64,000 nucleotides of DNA from a virus. The stretch covers positions 13,366-77,365 of IMG/VR virus record IMGVR_UViG_3300049432_000156, one strand, 5' to 3'. Below the pieces are notes generated by a model. That model worked only from the letters and a program-made list of their open reading frames with translations. It did no database searches and had not been told where the DNA came from. The stretch's first letter is position 1; each line of letters starts with the position of its first letter. Below are positions 35,489 to 45,458 of the stretch, one piece after another. Made by a program: the position numbers and the translations under genes.

Positions 35489-35766
35489 AACTCGATCCTA
35501 TTGATGAACGGCCCGTCAGGGAAGAAGCTTTTCAGCACCTTCACGGTGGTCTCGAACTCGGCCGCTTCGCTGAGCTTTTCCTCGGCAGCGGCGGCATAGT
35601 TCGGATTGTCGTTGTCGGCCTTGGCCTTAGTCCGGAGTTCGATGGATTCCACCATTGCCATCTTCGCCCGCTTCTCAAGGCAGGTGAGCAGGTCGCCGGC
35701 TTCGGGTTTGAGGAACCAGTTGTTCAGCGCGTTGACGCGGGCGGGTTCCAGTTCGATCAGGTTCAT
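35485..35766 (-). CDS. Small helical head-module protein
   Basis: 93 aa; typical post-portal gene. Confidence 0.6.
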   Translation of the reverse strand: MNLIELEPARVNALNNWFLKPEAGDLLTCLEKRAKMAMVESIELRTKAKADNDNPNYAAAAEEKLSEAAEFETTVKVLKSFFPDGPFINRIEL

Positions 35767-35767
35767 C

Positions 35768-36304
35768 TCAGTAGCCTAGCACGCGAATCCGTTCGCGGGT
35801 GGATTCGTTCCTGTATTCTCCGGTTTCCCAATCTTTCAGTAAATCTTCCACAATCAGCCGGTTGGACGGATGCAGCAATATCTTGTCCTTGTTCTTCGCA
35901 TACCAATCGCAGACTTCAATCTTGCCGGTGATCGCGCGTCCAGCCCCGACCCAATCAGCGACCATCTCTCTAATGCAAATGACCGGCATCATGAGCGGTC
36001 TGTGGCGCGGTTCATCGGAGTCGGTCACAAGAAGGAAATGCTGCCAGTGGTGATCACAGGATTTCTGGTGATGATTCCATGCGTCATCGAATTGATTGGT
36101 CTCGACAGAATCGCGCGTCTTCCAGTCCCGCCTGCTGCCATCCTCGTTGTAGAACGATTGGGCGTATGGAAACCACTCTCGCGGTAAAAACTTCTGCCAG
36201 TCATGCTTGATTGCACGCCACCAGAGGCCGTAGCGCAAACAAGCCAGGCCGACGTACAGCTTGTGTTTGACCACGTATCGGAGGTAGGCGAGATGGCGTT
36301 TCAC
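35768..36304 (-). CDS. DUF5662-like HD-domain protein
   Basis: HKLYV...HDWQK...AWNHHQK..DHHWQH...EMVADW. Confidence 0.75.
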   Translation of the reverse strand: MKRHLAYLRYVVKHKLYVGLACLRYGLWWRAIKHDWQKFLPREWFPYAQSFYNEDGSRRDWKTRDSVETNQFDDAWNHHQKSCDHHWQHFLLVTDSDEPRHRPLMMPVICIREMVADWVGAGRAITGKIEVCDWYAKNKDKILLHPSNRLIVEDLLKDWETGEYRNESTRERIRVLGY

Positions 36305-38793
36305 GCTGGCACCATTGGCTGAGCTACTGGCTGCGGTTGTGGCGGCGGCTGTGCGCCCTGCATGGCGACTTGGAGCACCTGCATGAGCTTCTGGATCGCT
36401 TGGTCCTGCTCAGCGTCGTGTTGGCCGATGCCTTCAAATGCCTTCTGCACTCCGGCCTGCATTTGCGGAATGGCTTGGCCGAGTTGAGCCATCTGCTCCG
36501 CGAGCTGCGGAATGGCCTGCCCGCTCATCTGCGCGGCCTTGCCGAGTTCCTGGACCTGTTGCGCGATTTGTTGGAGTCCTTGCGCCAATGGCTGCGTCGC
36601 TGCCCCTACAGTTTCTTGCATTTCCTTTTCGAGCACGGTCTTGAGTTGGGCTAACATGCCACCGACTTCTTCCTGGGCTTTGGCATTCTGCTCTTCCGCG
36701 CTCGCGCCGGGCATGGTTTCCAGCTTGAATTCCTTGAAGAAACCCCCGAGCGCGACCACCTGATTGATGAGCTTCACAGACTGCGCCGGGCCGATGGCTT
36801 GGAAGATCAGCGGGTTTGAAAAAACCACCTGGAGCAATTGCACCATCGCATTGGCAATCGCCACGTTGTTGATGCGGTCCCCTGAATCCCGCGTGCTGGA
36901 AAAGCTCTCATAGAGCAGCGCCGTCTTCGATCCCTTCACCAGAGTCTTCGTGTTCTTGCCGGCGTCACCTTCTTCTTCGACCGTGAACCCCAAATCTTCC
37001 AGGGTCTTCTTCACGTCTTCGGCAACGACCGTTTCAATCTGGGCGTACATCTCGTCTTCGCCGTAGGCCATGAGCGCGTCGTAAAGCTGCTTCTTCCAGG
37101 CCAGGTCCGCGTCATCGTCGTAGGACGCGGTGAAGTTGAGCCGGTTGGATGTCGAACTCTGGATGACCCGCGTTTCCTCGGCGGTCTGTTCGTGCGCCGC
37201 CGCCGCGCCGATCTCCTGCGATGACATGACCAGGATGCGTTCCATCATATCCAGGAGCGTCCGGATGCCGTTCAGGATCGCCGTCGTGTCCAGGCGCGGG
37301 AAACTTACCGGGATGAACGCTTCCTTGATGTCCTTGCCGGCGAACGCTGCTGATTTTGCCGAGAACGGAATGAAGCTCATCTCGACGTAGAGCTTTTGCC
37401 CCAGGTTCTTGAGCTTGTCCATCGTGCCCTTGCCGACAGCGTCCTCGTTGACGAATGCCGCGGCGATCAGGTTCTGTTTGATCGTAAGAATTTGCTGCGA
37501 GATGAGATTGCCGATGTGATCCTGGAACGGCAGGGTTTCAAGGACTAATGACGAGTTCAATTCCCGTTCCTCGTGCGCGTCGTATCCCCGGTAAACCACC
37601 GGGTTGTACGCCAGCGGCTCGGCGTAGATGACCGTGGATTCGTTGACGACCACGAACCGGAACCAGACCGGGTGCGGATAATCTCCAAAGCCGTATTTCT
37701 CGGGGACCAACTTCATGAAAAGCTGGGTCATCGTGACGGCCTTGTCGGTCTCTTCGGCGGCATAGAACCCGGCGGCGGATTCCCGGTCCATCGCCCCGGC
37801 CCCAGCGGTCGGCGCATTGCCAGTGTTACCGCTCGTTGCATTCGGCGTGCGGTTCGCTTGATTCGGGAACTTGCAGACGCACGGGTACAGCGTCGAGAAG
37901 AACGTCGGGCTGTGCGTCATCCAATCCGTGCCGTAGGTGATCCTGTCCGTGTTCCAATAGGCGTCGTTGTCCTTCACGTCGCCATACCGCTGGACCTGCC
38001 AGTAGAAACCCCAGGAACAACCGGTGTCGGTGTTGAATGTGCCCAGCCGATAATTGAGATCCCACGCGACCCGGGACGGATGCGGCAGATTGTATCGAAG
38101 CCCTTCCTTGACGACTTTGGTTTCCTCTTTGCCGTCCTTGCCCTCATGGATTTGCTTCTCGGTGTGCCAGCATTCGGCCGGGAACATCAGGCAGGTGCCG
38201 TAGATGTTCTTGTTCAGAATCGCCTGGCGCATGATCGAGACGTACCCGTATTGACTGGTCATTCCTTGGACCCGGTCGGTGATGATTTCGCAGCGCGTTT
38301 TGTTCTTCAGCGTAAGCCGGGCCGGTTCGTACTTGAACGTGGGATACACGTTCCGCTGATTGAAGATCGTGGCACTCCGGATGATCGCATACGCCTTGGC
38401 CACCGGAACCGTCACCTCGAAGAAGGCCGGCAGGTCGATTGTCTTCGTGACCTTCCCGTGCGCGTCGGTCTGTTCCCTGATCAGATGGGTCAACCCCCAG
38501 TCTTGGGATGCCTTCAGGACGCCGGCATCGTCCATCTTGGCGGACAGAAGGGATTTCGCGAGAGTCGGAGAAATTTGTTTAAAAGGTGCGTCGAATGCTT
38601 GATCGATTGCCCACCAGTGCCGGCTCTCGCGCAGACTTTTACTGATTCCTTCGCCGATCCTGGACTTGATCAGGTTGATGAGCGCCCTGGTCTTTTCGTC
38701 CTTGGCCAACGCCGCCTCGTCTTGCGTGAACTTCTTTTTCAAGGCTTCGACGGTCACGCCGTGAGCTTTAAGAACTTGGGGGTCGAGACTCAT
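36301..38793 (-). CDS. Portal protein
   Basis: 830 aa, QTAEE motif, Q-rich C-terminal tail, head-module position. Confidence 0.75.
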   Translation of the reverse strand: MSLDPQVLKAHGVTVEALKKKFTQDEAALAKDEKTRALINLIKSRIGEGISKSLRESRHWWAIDQAFDAPFKQISPTLAKSLLSAKMDDAGVLKASQDWGLTHLIREQTDAHGKVTKTIDLPAFFEVTVPVAKAYAIIRSATIFNQRNVYPTFKYEPARLTLKNKTRCEIITDRVQGMTSQYGYVSIMRQAILNKNIYGTCLMFPAECWHTEKQIHEGKDGKEETKVVKEGLRYNLPHPSRVAWDLNYRLGTFNTDTGCSWGFYWQVQRYGDVKDNDAYWNTDRITYGTDWMTHSPTFFSTLYPCVCKFPNQANRTPNATSGNTGNAPTAGAGAMDRESAAGFYAAEETDKAVTMTQLFMKLVPEKYGFGDYPHPVWFRFVVVNESTVIYAEPLAYNPVVYRGYDAHEERELNSSLVLETLPFQDHIGNLISQQILTIKQNLIAAAFVNEDAVGKGTMDKLKNLGQKLYVEMSFIPFSAKSAAFAGKDIKEAFIPVSFPRLDTTAILNGIRTLLDMMERILVMSSQEIGAAAAHEQTAEETRVIQSSTSNRLNFTASYDDDADLAWKKQLYDALMAYGEDEMYAQIETVVAEDVKKTLEDLGFTVEEEGDAGKNTKTLVKGSKTALLYESFSSTRDSGDRINNVAIANAMVQLLQVVFSNPLIFQAIGPAQSVKLINQVVALGGFFKEFKLETMPGASAEEQNAKAQEEVGGMLAQLKTVLEKEMQETVGAATQPLAQGLQQIAQQVQELGKAAQMSGQAIPQLAEQMAQLGQAIPQMQAGVQKAFEGIGQHDAEQDQAIQKLMQVLQVAMQGAQPPPQPQPVAQPMVPA

Positions 38794-39089
38794 TCGCTTA
38801 GAATCATCTTGCCCTTGAGCAGTGCCTGGTAACGCCGGTTGTCATTCTGCTTTTTGAGATCGCGTTCAGCGACTTTCGCGTAGAGTTTGATGACGCAAAT
38901 TACCGGCCTCGTGATTCCGTGGCAATCAATCGTTTGCGGCAGGGTTTCGACAATGTCGCACAGGCTGTACACCGTCCCGTTCGCGCTGCTCTTGAGCTTC
39001 AGGTTCTTCCCGGCAATGACGAAGGCGTAGGTGTAATCTTCTTTCGGTCCCTGCCGCTGGATTTTGACGAGAATGTTCCGGCGCGGCAT
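38790..39089 (-). CDS. Hypothetical protein
   Basis: Coupled ORF. Confidence 0.5.
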   Translation of the reverse strand: MPRRNILVKIQRQGPKEDYTYAFVIAGKNLKLKSSANGTVYSLCDIVETLPQTIDCHGITRPVICVIKLYAKVAERDLKKQNDNRRYQALLKGKMILSE

Positions 39090-39433
39090 CAGGAATACCG
39101 GAGGGCCTTCGACGGTTTCTTCGGCGCTTCTTCGGCGGGTTCCTCTTCAGCGTCTTCGTCATCCTCGGCCCCGCCATCAGCCGGGGCGAAGTCGTCCATG
39201 CTCAGAACGTCGAATTCCAGACGTTCGCCATATTCGTCGACCGACATGCCCTTCACCCGGAGCCGCACGGTAGCGGTGTAAACATCATCCAGCTCGCATT
39301 CGTGGTCGCCCTTGACCTTGGCAACGTTCCCGTCGCGCAACGTCAGATCGGGGAACCACTCTTTCTTCTCAGCACTCTCGCCTTCCGGCAACGTCATCGG
39401 CGATTCTTTGTCGGTGTAGCCAAGATCGGCCAT
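39089..39433 (-). CDS. Acidic hypothetical protein
   Basis: 114 aa, D/E-rich tail. Confidence 0.65.
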   Translation of the reverse strand: MADLGYTDKESPMTLPEGESAEKKEWFPDLTLRDGNVAKVKGDHECELDDVYTATVRLRVKGMSVDEYGERLEFDVLSMDDFAPADGGAEDDEDAEEEPAEEAPKKPSKALRYS

Positions 39434-39464
39434 GCCGCGAACGTCCTACCGTTCACGATGGGCG

Positions 39465-40259
39465 TCAATGAGATTCTAGATGCCTGATGCGAGCTTCGCA
39501 CTGGCGTCTCTGTCGCTGAGAGATGACAAGTTTGGCGCGAGTCTCAGCGGAAAGAGTTCTTCCCAATTTCGCTGCTCGCATTTTTGCGACGGTTTCCGGG
39601 CCGTGCTTTTTGCCAAAGAACCCGTTCTTATCGCCCTTGTTTGCGATGCTCATTCTGGCGCGAGTCTCATCAGAAGGCGGCTTTCTGTTCTTTCCAGCTA
39701 TCCTCATGTTTTCCCGGGCCGTGTCTGACATTTTTCTGCCAAGGTTTATTTTTCTTAGAAGTTCTCGAACACGTGGACGCATCGGATTTCCGGGCTTCCC
39801 TTTTCTCGCCACGCTCAGTTTAGCTATAGTCTCCGGGGTGACACTATGCCCCATCAACTTTGCGCGAATCCTGGATCGCATTTCTGGTGTGCGCGGCTTT
39901 CCAAATAGTGGATTGTCTTCTCCGGAGCCAAGCCCCTCGCCTCCGGGAGTTGCATTCGTCAGATCACACCCTTCTTCCCTGAAGAATATGATATAGGCAG
40001 CTTCTGCCGCCTGCCAATCATGGACACAAACCTTGTCGATGATTTGAAGAATTGGACGCAATCCTTTCGCGACGAGGGATCGAATCCAACGCGCTCTGTA
40101 GGTATTTTCGGATGCGCTCGTTCTGATGTGCAGTCCAAGTCTAGCCGCAGGTTTGTCGGTTTTTCCGATGTACCGAATTTCCCGCGTTCGCGGATCAACC
40201 AGAGCATAGATAAAAGTTGTCGGGGCGTCCTTTTTAGCGATAGGTTCTATGGCAGACAT
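39465..40259 (-). CDS. GIY-YIG homing endonuclease with NUMOD3 repeats
   Basis: FIYALVDPR..IRYIGKT, TNATPGGEG, NPLFGK/SAETRAK repeats. Confidence 0.9.
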   Translation of the reverse strand: MSAIEPIAKKDAPTTFIYALVDPRTREIRYIGKTDKPAARLGLHIRTSASENTYRARWIRSLVAKGLRPILQIIDKVCVHDWQAAEAAYIIFFREEGCDLTNATPGGEGLGSGEDNPLFGKPRTPEMRSRIRAKLMGHSVTPETIAKLSVARKGKPGNPMRPRVRELLRKINLGRKMSDTARENMRIAGKNRKPPSDETRARMSIANKGDKNGFFGKKHGPETVAKMRAAKLGRTLSAETRAKLVISQRQRRQCEARIRHLESH

Positions 40260-40298
40260 GCGTTGGTCTTTCAGGTTTCAACGTTTTGTTAGCGGCGG

Positions 40299-41882
40299 AT
40301 GCCGGAGTCGCGTCCAGCATCCGCCGTGATTGTTCACACCATCGCTTCTGATGACAAGCTCAAACCACTCGTGATTGATCCAGCAACAGGAACTTGGTGC
40401 CCCGACCTCGCCCCGAAACAGGCGTTCCTGTTCAACTCGTACTTCAAATTTATTCTCGCTAGCGGTCCCGTGCGCAGCGGGAAAACCATTGCATGTGCCC
40501 ATCGCATCCTTAGACACGCGTGGGAGACGGAGAGCGCACGAATCGGCATCTTCGCGCGCACCGTGAAGTCAGCGTTTGCTGGCGGTGTTTGGTCTGACCT
40601 CGTCGAACTGGTTCTTCCAATCTGGCTCAAGGCCAACATGGGGATGCGGATTACGAAGGGACCGAAGGTGGATGGCTCGACACGCCTGCATCACCTTCGA
40701 TTGAGCAACATGTACGGCGGTGAATCAGAGATTCAACTTCGCTCACTTGATTTCGATGGCGATATTGAAAGCGTGATTAAATCGGCGCGTTTTTCTTGCT
40801 TTTGGTTCAGTGAGTTGTCGAATTTCAAGAGCAGGATCGTCTTTGATACGACCACTGAACGACTAAGGATGCCTCATTTGCGCGAGGACGCGCATCTCTG
40901 GATTTCGGACACAAATCCGGCCGATGAGGGAGAAAAATTTTGGGCGTACAAATTGTTCTACACCGAACGCCTCGCCGAAGACCATCCTTTTCCTGACTAT
41001 CAGAAAAAATTTCAAGTCGTGTCTTTCGATTTGTCGGACAACGTCTGGCTTACTGAATCGGAGCGCAACGAAATCTTCGCCCGCTACGCGCACGACGAGG
41101 ATCGGCGGAACCGTTACTGTTACGGCAAGTGGACGACGCGGACGGAGGAAGGATTATTCAGCGACGTCTTCATGGGCGACACGCACGTTCTTGGGAACGC
41201 ATCGGCATTCGAGGAGGGCGACTGGGAAGTGATTTTGCCGACGGAGACCTGCGCGGCGCTGGTGACGGGCTGGGACATTGGCACGTCGAAGAACCACAGC
41301 GCGCACATCATCGAACGGATCGGAGCGCCCGGGGACAAGAACAGCGTGTTCAACGTGCTGGACGAGGCGGTGTCAGTCGGGGTGATGATCACGATTGAAG
41401 ATTTCGTGGAAGTGATGCTCGAACGCTGGGAATTCTGGATGAAGTACATTCGGGAGAACTGCCACGACAAAGCGGTGGAGGCCCGGCATTGGAGCGACAC
41501 ATCGGCCTTCAACACTTTCCGCGCGGCATTGGGCGGGTTCGATCACACCGTTGTCGCGATGGCGTCGGACGGGAAGTTTTTTTTGAGCGGTGCCCCAAAG
41601 TCGCGCGGAAGCGTATTTAAGAGGGTCGATCTCGTGCGTCGGCTCCTCTTTCAGAACCGGTTGTTCGTTTCCGCGCGCTGCACCGAGACGATCAAAATGC
41701 TGGGATCGCTCAAGGCTGGGAAGACGAAGATGGAACCGGTTGACCGCGGCACGGGGATGATCCACGTCTTCGATTCCTTGAGTTATGCGCTCTCGTCTGA
41801 GCTTGTAAACGAGTTAGCGGAGACTTGGAGCAACACGCAAAGCATCGGCCGAGTCGATGGGCTGGTGTCGCTCCGACTCTAA
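40299..41882 (+). CDS. terL: Terminase large subunit (start possibly GTG 40371)
   Basis: SGPVRSGKT Walker A, FWFSEL Walker B, DTNP, RuvC-like GWDIG...HVFDSLSY. Confidence 0.9.
   Translation: MPESRPASAVIVHTIASDDKLKPLVIDPATGTWCPDLAPKQAFLFNSYFKFILASGPVRSGKTIACAHRILRHAWETESARIGIFARTVKSAFAGGVWSDLVELVLPIWLKANMGMRITKGPKVDGSTRLHHLRLSNMYGGESEIQLRSLDFDGDIESVIKSARFSCFWFSELSNFKSRIVFDTTTERLRMPHLREDAHLWISDTNPADEGEKFWAYKLFYTERLAEDHPFPDYQKKFQVVSFDLSDNVWLTESERNEIFARYAHDEDRRNRYCYGKWTTRTEEGLFSDVFMGDTHVLGNASAFEEGDWEVILPTETCAALVTGWDIGTSKNHSAHIIERIGAPGDKNSVFNVLDEAVSVGVMITIEDFVEVMLERWEFWMKYIRENCHDKAVEARHWSDTSAFNTFRAALGGFDHTVVAMASDGKFFLSGAPKSRGSVFKRVDLVRRLLFQNRLFVSARCTETIKMLGSLKAGKTKMEPVDRGTGMIHVFDSLSYALSSELVNELAETWSNTQSIGRVDGLVSLRL
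40329..40357 (-). promoter_or_regulatory. sigma70-like promoter for GIY-YIG gene
   Basis: TTGTCA-17 nt-AACAAT with TG upstream of -10. Confidence 0.5.
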
Positions 41883-42197
41883 AATTATGGACCTGACCGC
41901 GCCCAAGCCCAAGCCCGCACCCGACTCCGTGTTCCGCTTCACGACGAACGAAGAATGGCGCAAGGCCGTCCTAAAAAATCCCGCGCGCGGTTTGCCCACA
42001 AGGGCGCCAGACAGGCGGTGTCGTAAGTCCGTTAGCCGTTGAAGCCGGCGAGCGAAAACGAAACGGTTGCCCACCGACTCCGCACAGGAACCGCCTGCTT
42101 AACCCAGCCCGCGCGCGGAAAGTAAATTGCATCAGCGCCATCGTCCGCCGTCCGATGGACCGCCCGGCCATTTTGGTTGCCAGTGCGCTGATGCAAA

Positions 42198-42380
42198 TCA
42201 CACCGACTTCGTCGGGTTGAGCGCAAAATCGTGAGCTTTTAGAAACGCGACTTCGCCTGGTTGCAGCCAGAGTTGGCGAATATGATACCAGATTTGGTCG
42301 CTGCATTTCTGCTCATAAACTCGATTCCTGAGCGCACGCACTTCCGCCTCGGTGAGACCTAAGTAAGTTGGCTCATCCAT
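42198..42380 (-). CDS. Hypothetical protein
   Basis: 60 aa after structured element. Confidence 0.45.
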   Translation of the reverse strand: MDEPTYLGLTEAEVRALRNRVYEQKCSDQIWYHIRQLWLQPGEVAFLKAHDFALNPTKSV

Positions 42381-42488
42381 TTTCTTACCGTGTCACCCGT
42401 TCGCACGTCGCGCGGCGAATCGGCTCTTTGGCAACTGCTGTCGTGTGTCGTTCGTTCAGCCTGAAACCGCCGATTGCACGGTAAGAAA
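42381..42488 (-). ncRNA. Structured intergenic RNA element (three-way junction)
   Basis: 12-bp terminal stem TTTCTTACCGTG/CACGGTAAGAAA plus inner stems with G-U pairs on minus strand. Confidence 0.5.
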
Positions 42489-42665
42489 TCACACGTCGGG
42501 CTTCGCGTATGGCTGTGAGAATACGTCTTTCTGCCGGCGCTGAAATTCCGCTTCCTCAGTCTCGCTCAATTCCCCGCGTGCTTTCGCCTGACTGATCCAC
42601 TTCGGTATCGCCCCTGCAAGCCACTCAAGAGTTTGAAGAGCTAATGCGATTTCTGCTGGTGTCAT
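42489..42665 (-). CDS. Small amphipathic protein (58 aa)
   Basis: MTPAEIALALQTLEWLAGAIPKW..., ATGA-coupled; below ORF-track cutoff. Confidence 0.6.
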   Translation of the reverse strand: MTPAEIALALQTLEWLAGAIPKWISQAKARGELSETEEAEFQRRQKDVFSQPYAKPDV

Positions 42666-43138
42666 GGGGTTCCTTTCGTTGCGGCGGCAATCTCTGCGAG
42701 GTTTGTTATCGCGCTGTTGACCAGCGATTGCAAAGCGGCCAGTGCGTTCCGAAGCGTCGTCGCATCAGCCGCGCTTCGGCTCTTCTGATAAGCGGTTTTG
42801 CTGTCCGTGAGCGCGTTGAGCGCCTTCGGTCCATCGCGCCGGATTTGTTCAACGGCGACATGGATTTTTGGATTGAGCCGCATCAGAGAATCCTGGTTTT
42901 GTTTTTCGAGCCGCATCGCCGCATCGAAAAGGCCAAGAGCCGTTTCACGGATACTCTCCACGCTTATGACTAAAGGATCGCCCGGAGCCGATGCGTCATA
43001 AACTCCCGTCGTGTTGGTTCCGGTTGGCGGCGAGTACGTGCCCTTCCCAGCCGCACACCCGCCGCAGCCCACGAACGTCAGGACACACACCGTCCATAAG
43101 CCGATCGCCACCGTCAACGGATTCAGGAATCGATTCAT
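42662..43138 (-). CDS. Predicted lipoprotein (possible lysis accessory/spanin-like)
   Basis: Hydrophobic N-terminus with lipobox-like FVGC/GGC, helical body. Confidence 0.55.
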   Translation of the reverse strand: MNRFLNPLTVAIGLWTVCVLTFVGCGGCAAGKGTYSPPTGTNTTGVYDASAPGDPLVISVESIRETALGLFDAAMRLEKQNQDSLMRLNPKIHVAVEQIRRDGPKALNALTDSKTAYQKSRSAADATTLRNALAALQSLVNSAITNLAEIAAATKGTP

Positions 43139-43296
43139 GGATCAAGTGTGCGCTTGCTGGTTGTTTGAAGTCAATCCGGCTTTGGCCGCGCGGCGGCGAC
43201 GGTAAACGGTCGGGCGCAGCATCAGGATAGCCAATAACTTCCCGCTGTGCCGCAGCACGTTCTCGCGGCTCTGCGTGTCGTGCATGGCTTTGACGT

Positions 43297-44769
43297 TCAC
43301 GGATTCAGAATAAGAATACGCCGCAGCTCTTCAAGCAATAGGGCACTACTGAAGGGTTTTTGCAGCGATGTGTCCGGTCCGTGCGCCCGGCCTCCACTGG
43401 CAAGCCCCGTCACGAACAGCACCGGCAACGCGGGTTCCAATTCCCGCAGTGCTTTCGCCAGTTCATAGCCGTCCATCAAAGGCAGGCCGATGTCGCTTAC
43501 CAGAACAGCGATCCCCTCATGCTTTAGGAATGCCGACAACGCCTCCGGGCCACTCGCCGCCTCGACAACACGGTAGTTCGCCGATTCCATAAATAAACGC
43601 ATCCACGTTCTCAAGACCGGTTCGTCGTCCACGAGCAGGACCAGTTTCCCGTCACCGTCGAACTCCTGGGCGTCCACAGCCGTCGCGACCGGCAGGTAGA
43701 TGTTAAATGTCGATCCGTGCGGATCGCTCTGGACCGTCACGCCGCCACCGTGGGCTTCGATGAGGGATTTCACCATCGACAAACCGAGTCCAGTTCCCTT
43801 GCCCTTTGGCTTGGTGGTGAAGAACGGCTGGAAAATCAGTGGCAAAGCCGCGTCAGAAATCCCAACGCCCGTATCCCGGACGCTGACGCAGACGTATTTG
43901 CCATCCAATCCAAGCTCTGCGTCGGAGTGCAACGAAACGTTTTGAGTCGTGATCGTCAACTGCCCGCCGTTGGGCATTGCGTCGCGGGCGTTGATGCAGA
44001 GATTCAGGAGCGCGGCGTTGATCTGAGCCGCATCGCACCGGACCTGCGCTGTGCCGATTGCGGTCTCTACTTTCACGCGCACGTTGACGGGGAATGTCCC
44101 GCGCAACATCTGGCTGATCTCCGTCATCAGGAACTCTGCCGCGACGACGTGGAATGCGCCACCCTCGTTGCCTCGGGCAAAGGCGAGCATCTGTTGGAGT
44201 ATTTCCGCGCCCCGTTTGGACGCGCCCTCCATCATATCCAAAATACGCTCGTCCTGCGGGACTATTCGCCGGCGGACCATGTCAATCCCGCTCAGGATAA
44301 CCCCCAGAATGTTGTTGATGTCGTGCGCCAGGCCGGCGGACAACTCGCCCAGCAGTTCGAGCCTCTGGTTTAAGTTTTTTTCCAATATCCGCTTATGGTT
44401 TTCGTGGGCGTGTTCCACTGCCATCCGTAGCCGCTCTATCCGGTCTTTCAGGATGTAGTCCGACGCGCCAGCTTTCATCGCTGCAACAGCCGCTTCATGG
44501 TCCCCGATGCTGCCAGTCACCAGAATGACGGGCGTTTCCGGTTGTGATTTTTTGACCATCCGAATGGCTTCAGTGCCGTCAATGCCGGGCAGTTTCTGAT
44601 CCACAAGAACGATGTCCCATTGCTGTTTCAGGGCTGCCAATAACTTGCTTGCCGAGTTGCAAACCGTGAGGTCAACAAGACCTGCAAGTTTGGCACCTAC
44701 CATCTCGGCATCGTCCGGATCGTCTTCTAAAAACAAAGTGCGTAGTGGTTTTTTCATCGAAGGTGGCAT
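43297..44769 (-). CDS. Hybrid histidine kinase REC-HisKA-HATPase-REC
   Basis: LEDD/VDQKLPG REC; AHDINN H-box; NARDAM, DTGVG, FFTTK, GTGLGL; VDDE/SDIGLP/QKPF REC. Confidence 0.92.
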   Translation of the reverse strand: MPPSMKKPLRTLFLEDDPDDAEMVGAKLAGLVDLTVCNSASKLLAALKQQWDIVLVDQKLPGIDGTEAIRMVKKSQPETPVILVTGSIGDHEAAVAAMKAGASDYILKDRIERLRMAVEHAHENHKRILEKNLNQRLELLGELSAGLAHDINNILGVILSGIDMVRRRIVPQDERILDMMEGASKRGAEILQQMLAFARGNEGGAFHVVAAEFLMTEISQMLRGTFPVNVRVKVETAIGTAQVRCDAAQINAALLNLCINARDAMPNGGQLTITTQNVSLHSDAELGLDGKYVCVSVRDTGVGISDAALPLIFQPFFTTKPKGKGTGLGLSMVKSLIEAHGGGVTVQSDPHGSTFNIYLPVATAVDAQEFDGDGKLVLLVDDEPVLRTWMRLFMESANYRVVEAASGPEALSAFLKHEGIAVLVSDIGLPLMDGYELAKALRELEPALPVLFVTGLASGGRAHGPDTSLQKPFSSALLLEELRRILILNP

Positions 44770-45077
44770 TCTTTTTCGATCTGAGATTTGACGAACGCAT
44801 CGGTCTCGTCCCGTTTCTTTTTCTCGTCTCCAAAATGCGCCACTGTCTTATCGAGGTACGTGAGCCACGCGGTTATGGCTGCCCAACTGACGGACACCCA
44901 AAGCAATCGAACGTCCAGTGGGGTGATGTCGTTTTCATGCACCTTCCACTCATGCAGGGTCGTGACCATCACGCCCAAGGCTGCCGCGCCGACCCAGAGC
45001 GTCCCGCGCAGAATCACCGGACTGTAAAACCGGACATGCTTCGCGCTTCGCTTGAGCAAGAGCGTCGTGTTCGACAT
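44754..45077 (-). CDS. Two-TM membrane protein (holin-like)
   Basis: Two hydrophobic helices, charged C-tail. Confidence 0.5.
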   Translation of the reverse strand: MSNTTLLLKRSAKHVRFYSPVILRGTLWVGAAALGVMVTTLHEWKVHENDITPLDVRLLWVSVSWAAITAWLTYLDKTVAHFGDEKKKRDETDAFVKSQIEKECHLR

Positions 45078-45458
45078 GAGACAAGTTTGGCGGGAAACGA
45101 GACGGAGGCAACCTGCAATCCAGTTAATTTACGGGGCGTTTCAGACTGGCCCGTCCCATGCTGACAAGACATTGGCTGCGTGTTTAAGGGGGAGTCCGCG
45201 CAGCTTACGTTTCTGTTGCGGGCAAGAGTGCCAGCCGCGTGGATGGACGCGGACCCTCTTGCCTGTTTTTCATTCCGGCCAGAACTTCCAGACCAGCCCC
45301 ATTACCAACAGCCAGATGAGCAGGCCGAAGAACACTTTCCAGCCGCGCTTGGTTTCACGGTGATCCTCACGGCACATATCACCATCGCCGGAACACTCGC
45401 GCTACGATAGAAAGAAAACCCACCAGCACCCGGATCAGGAACTCTTGGTAGCGGCGTT

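Noticed and set aside
37573-38832. 419-aa antisense ORF over the portal gene (likewise 30189-31262, 49580-50488, 13094-13972)
   Set aside because: GC-rich shadow frames with no RBS or motifs
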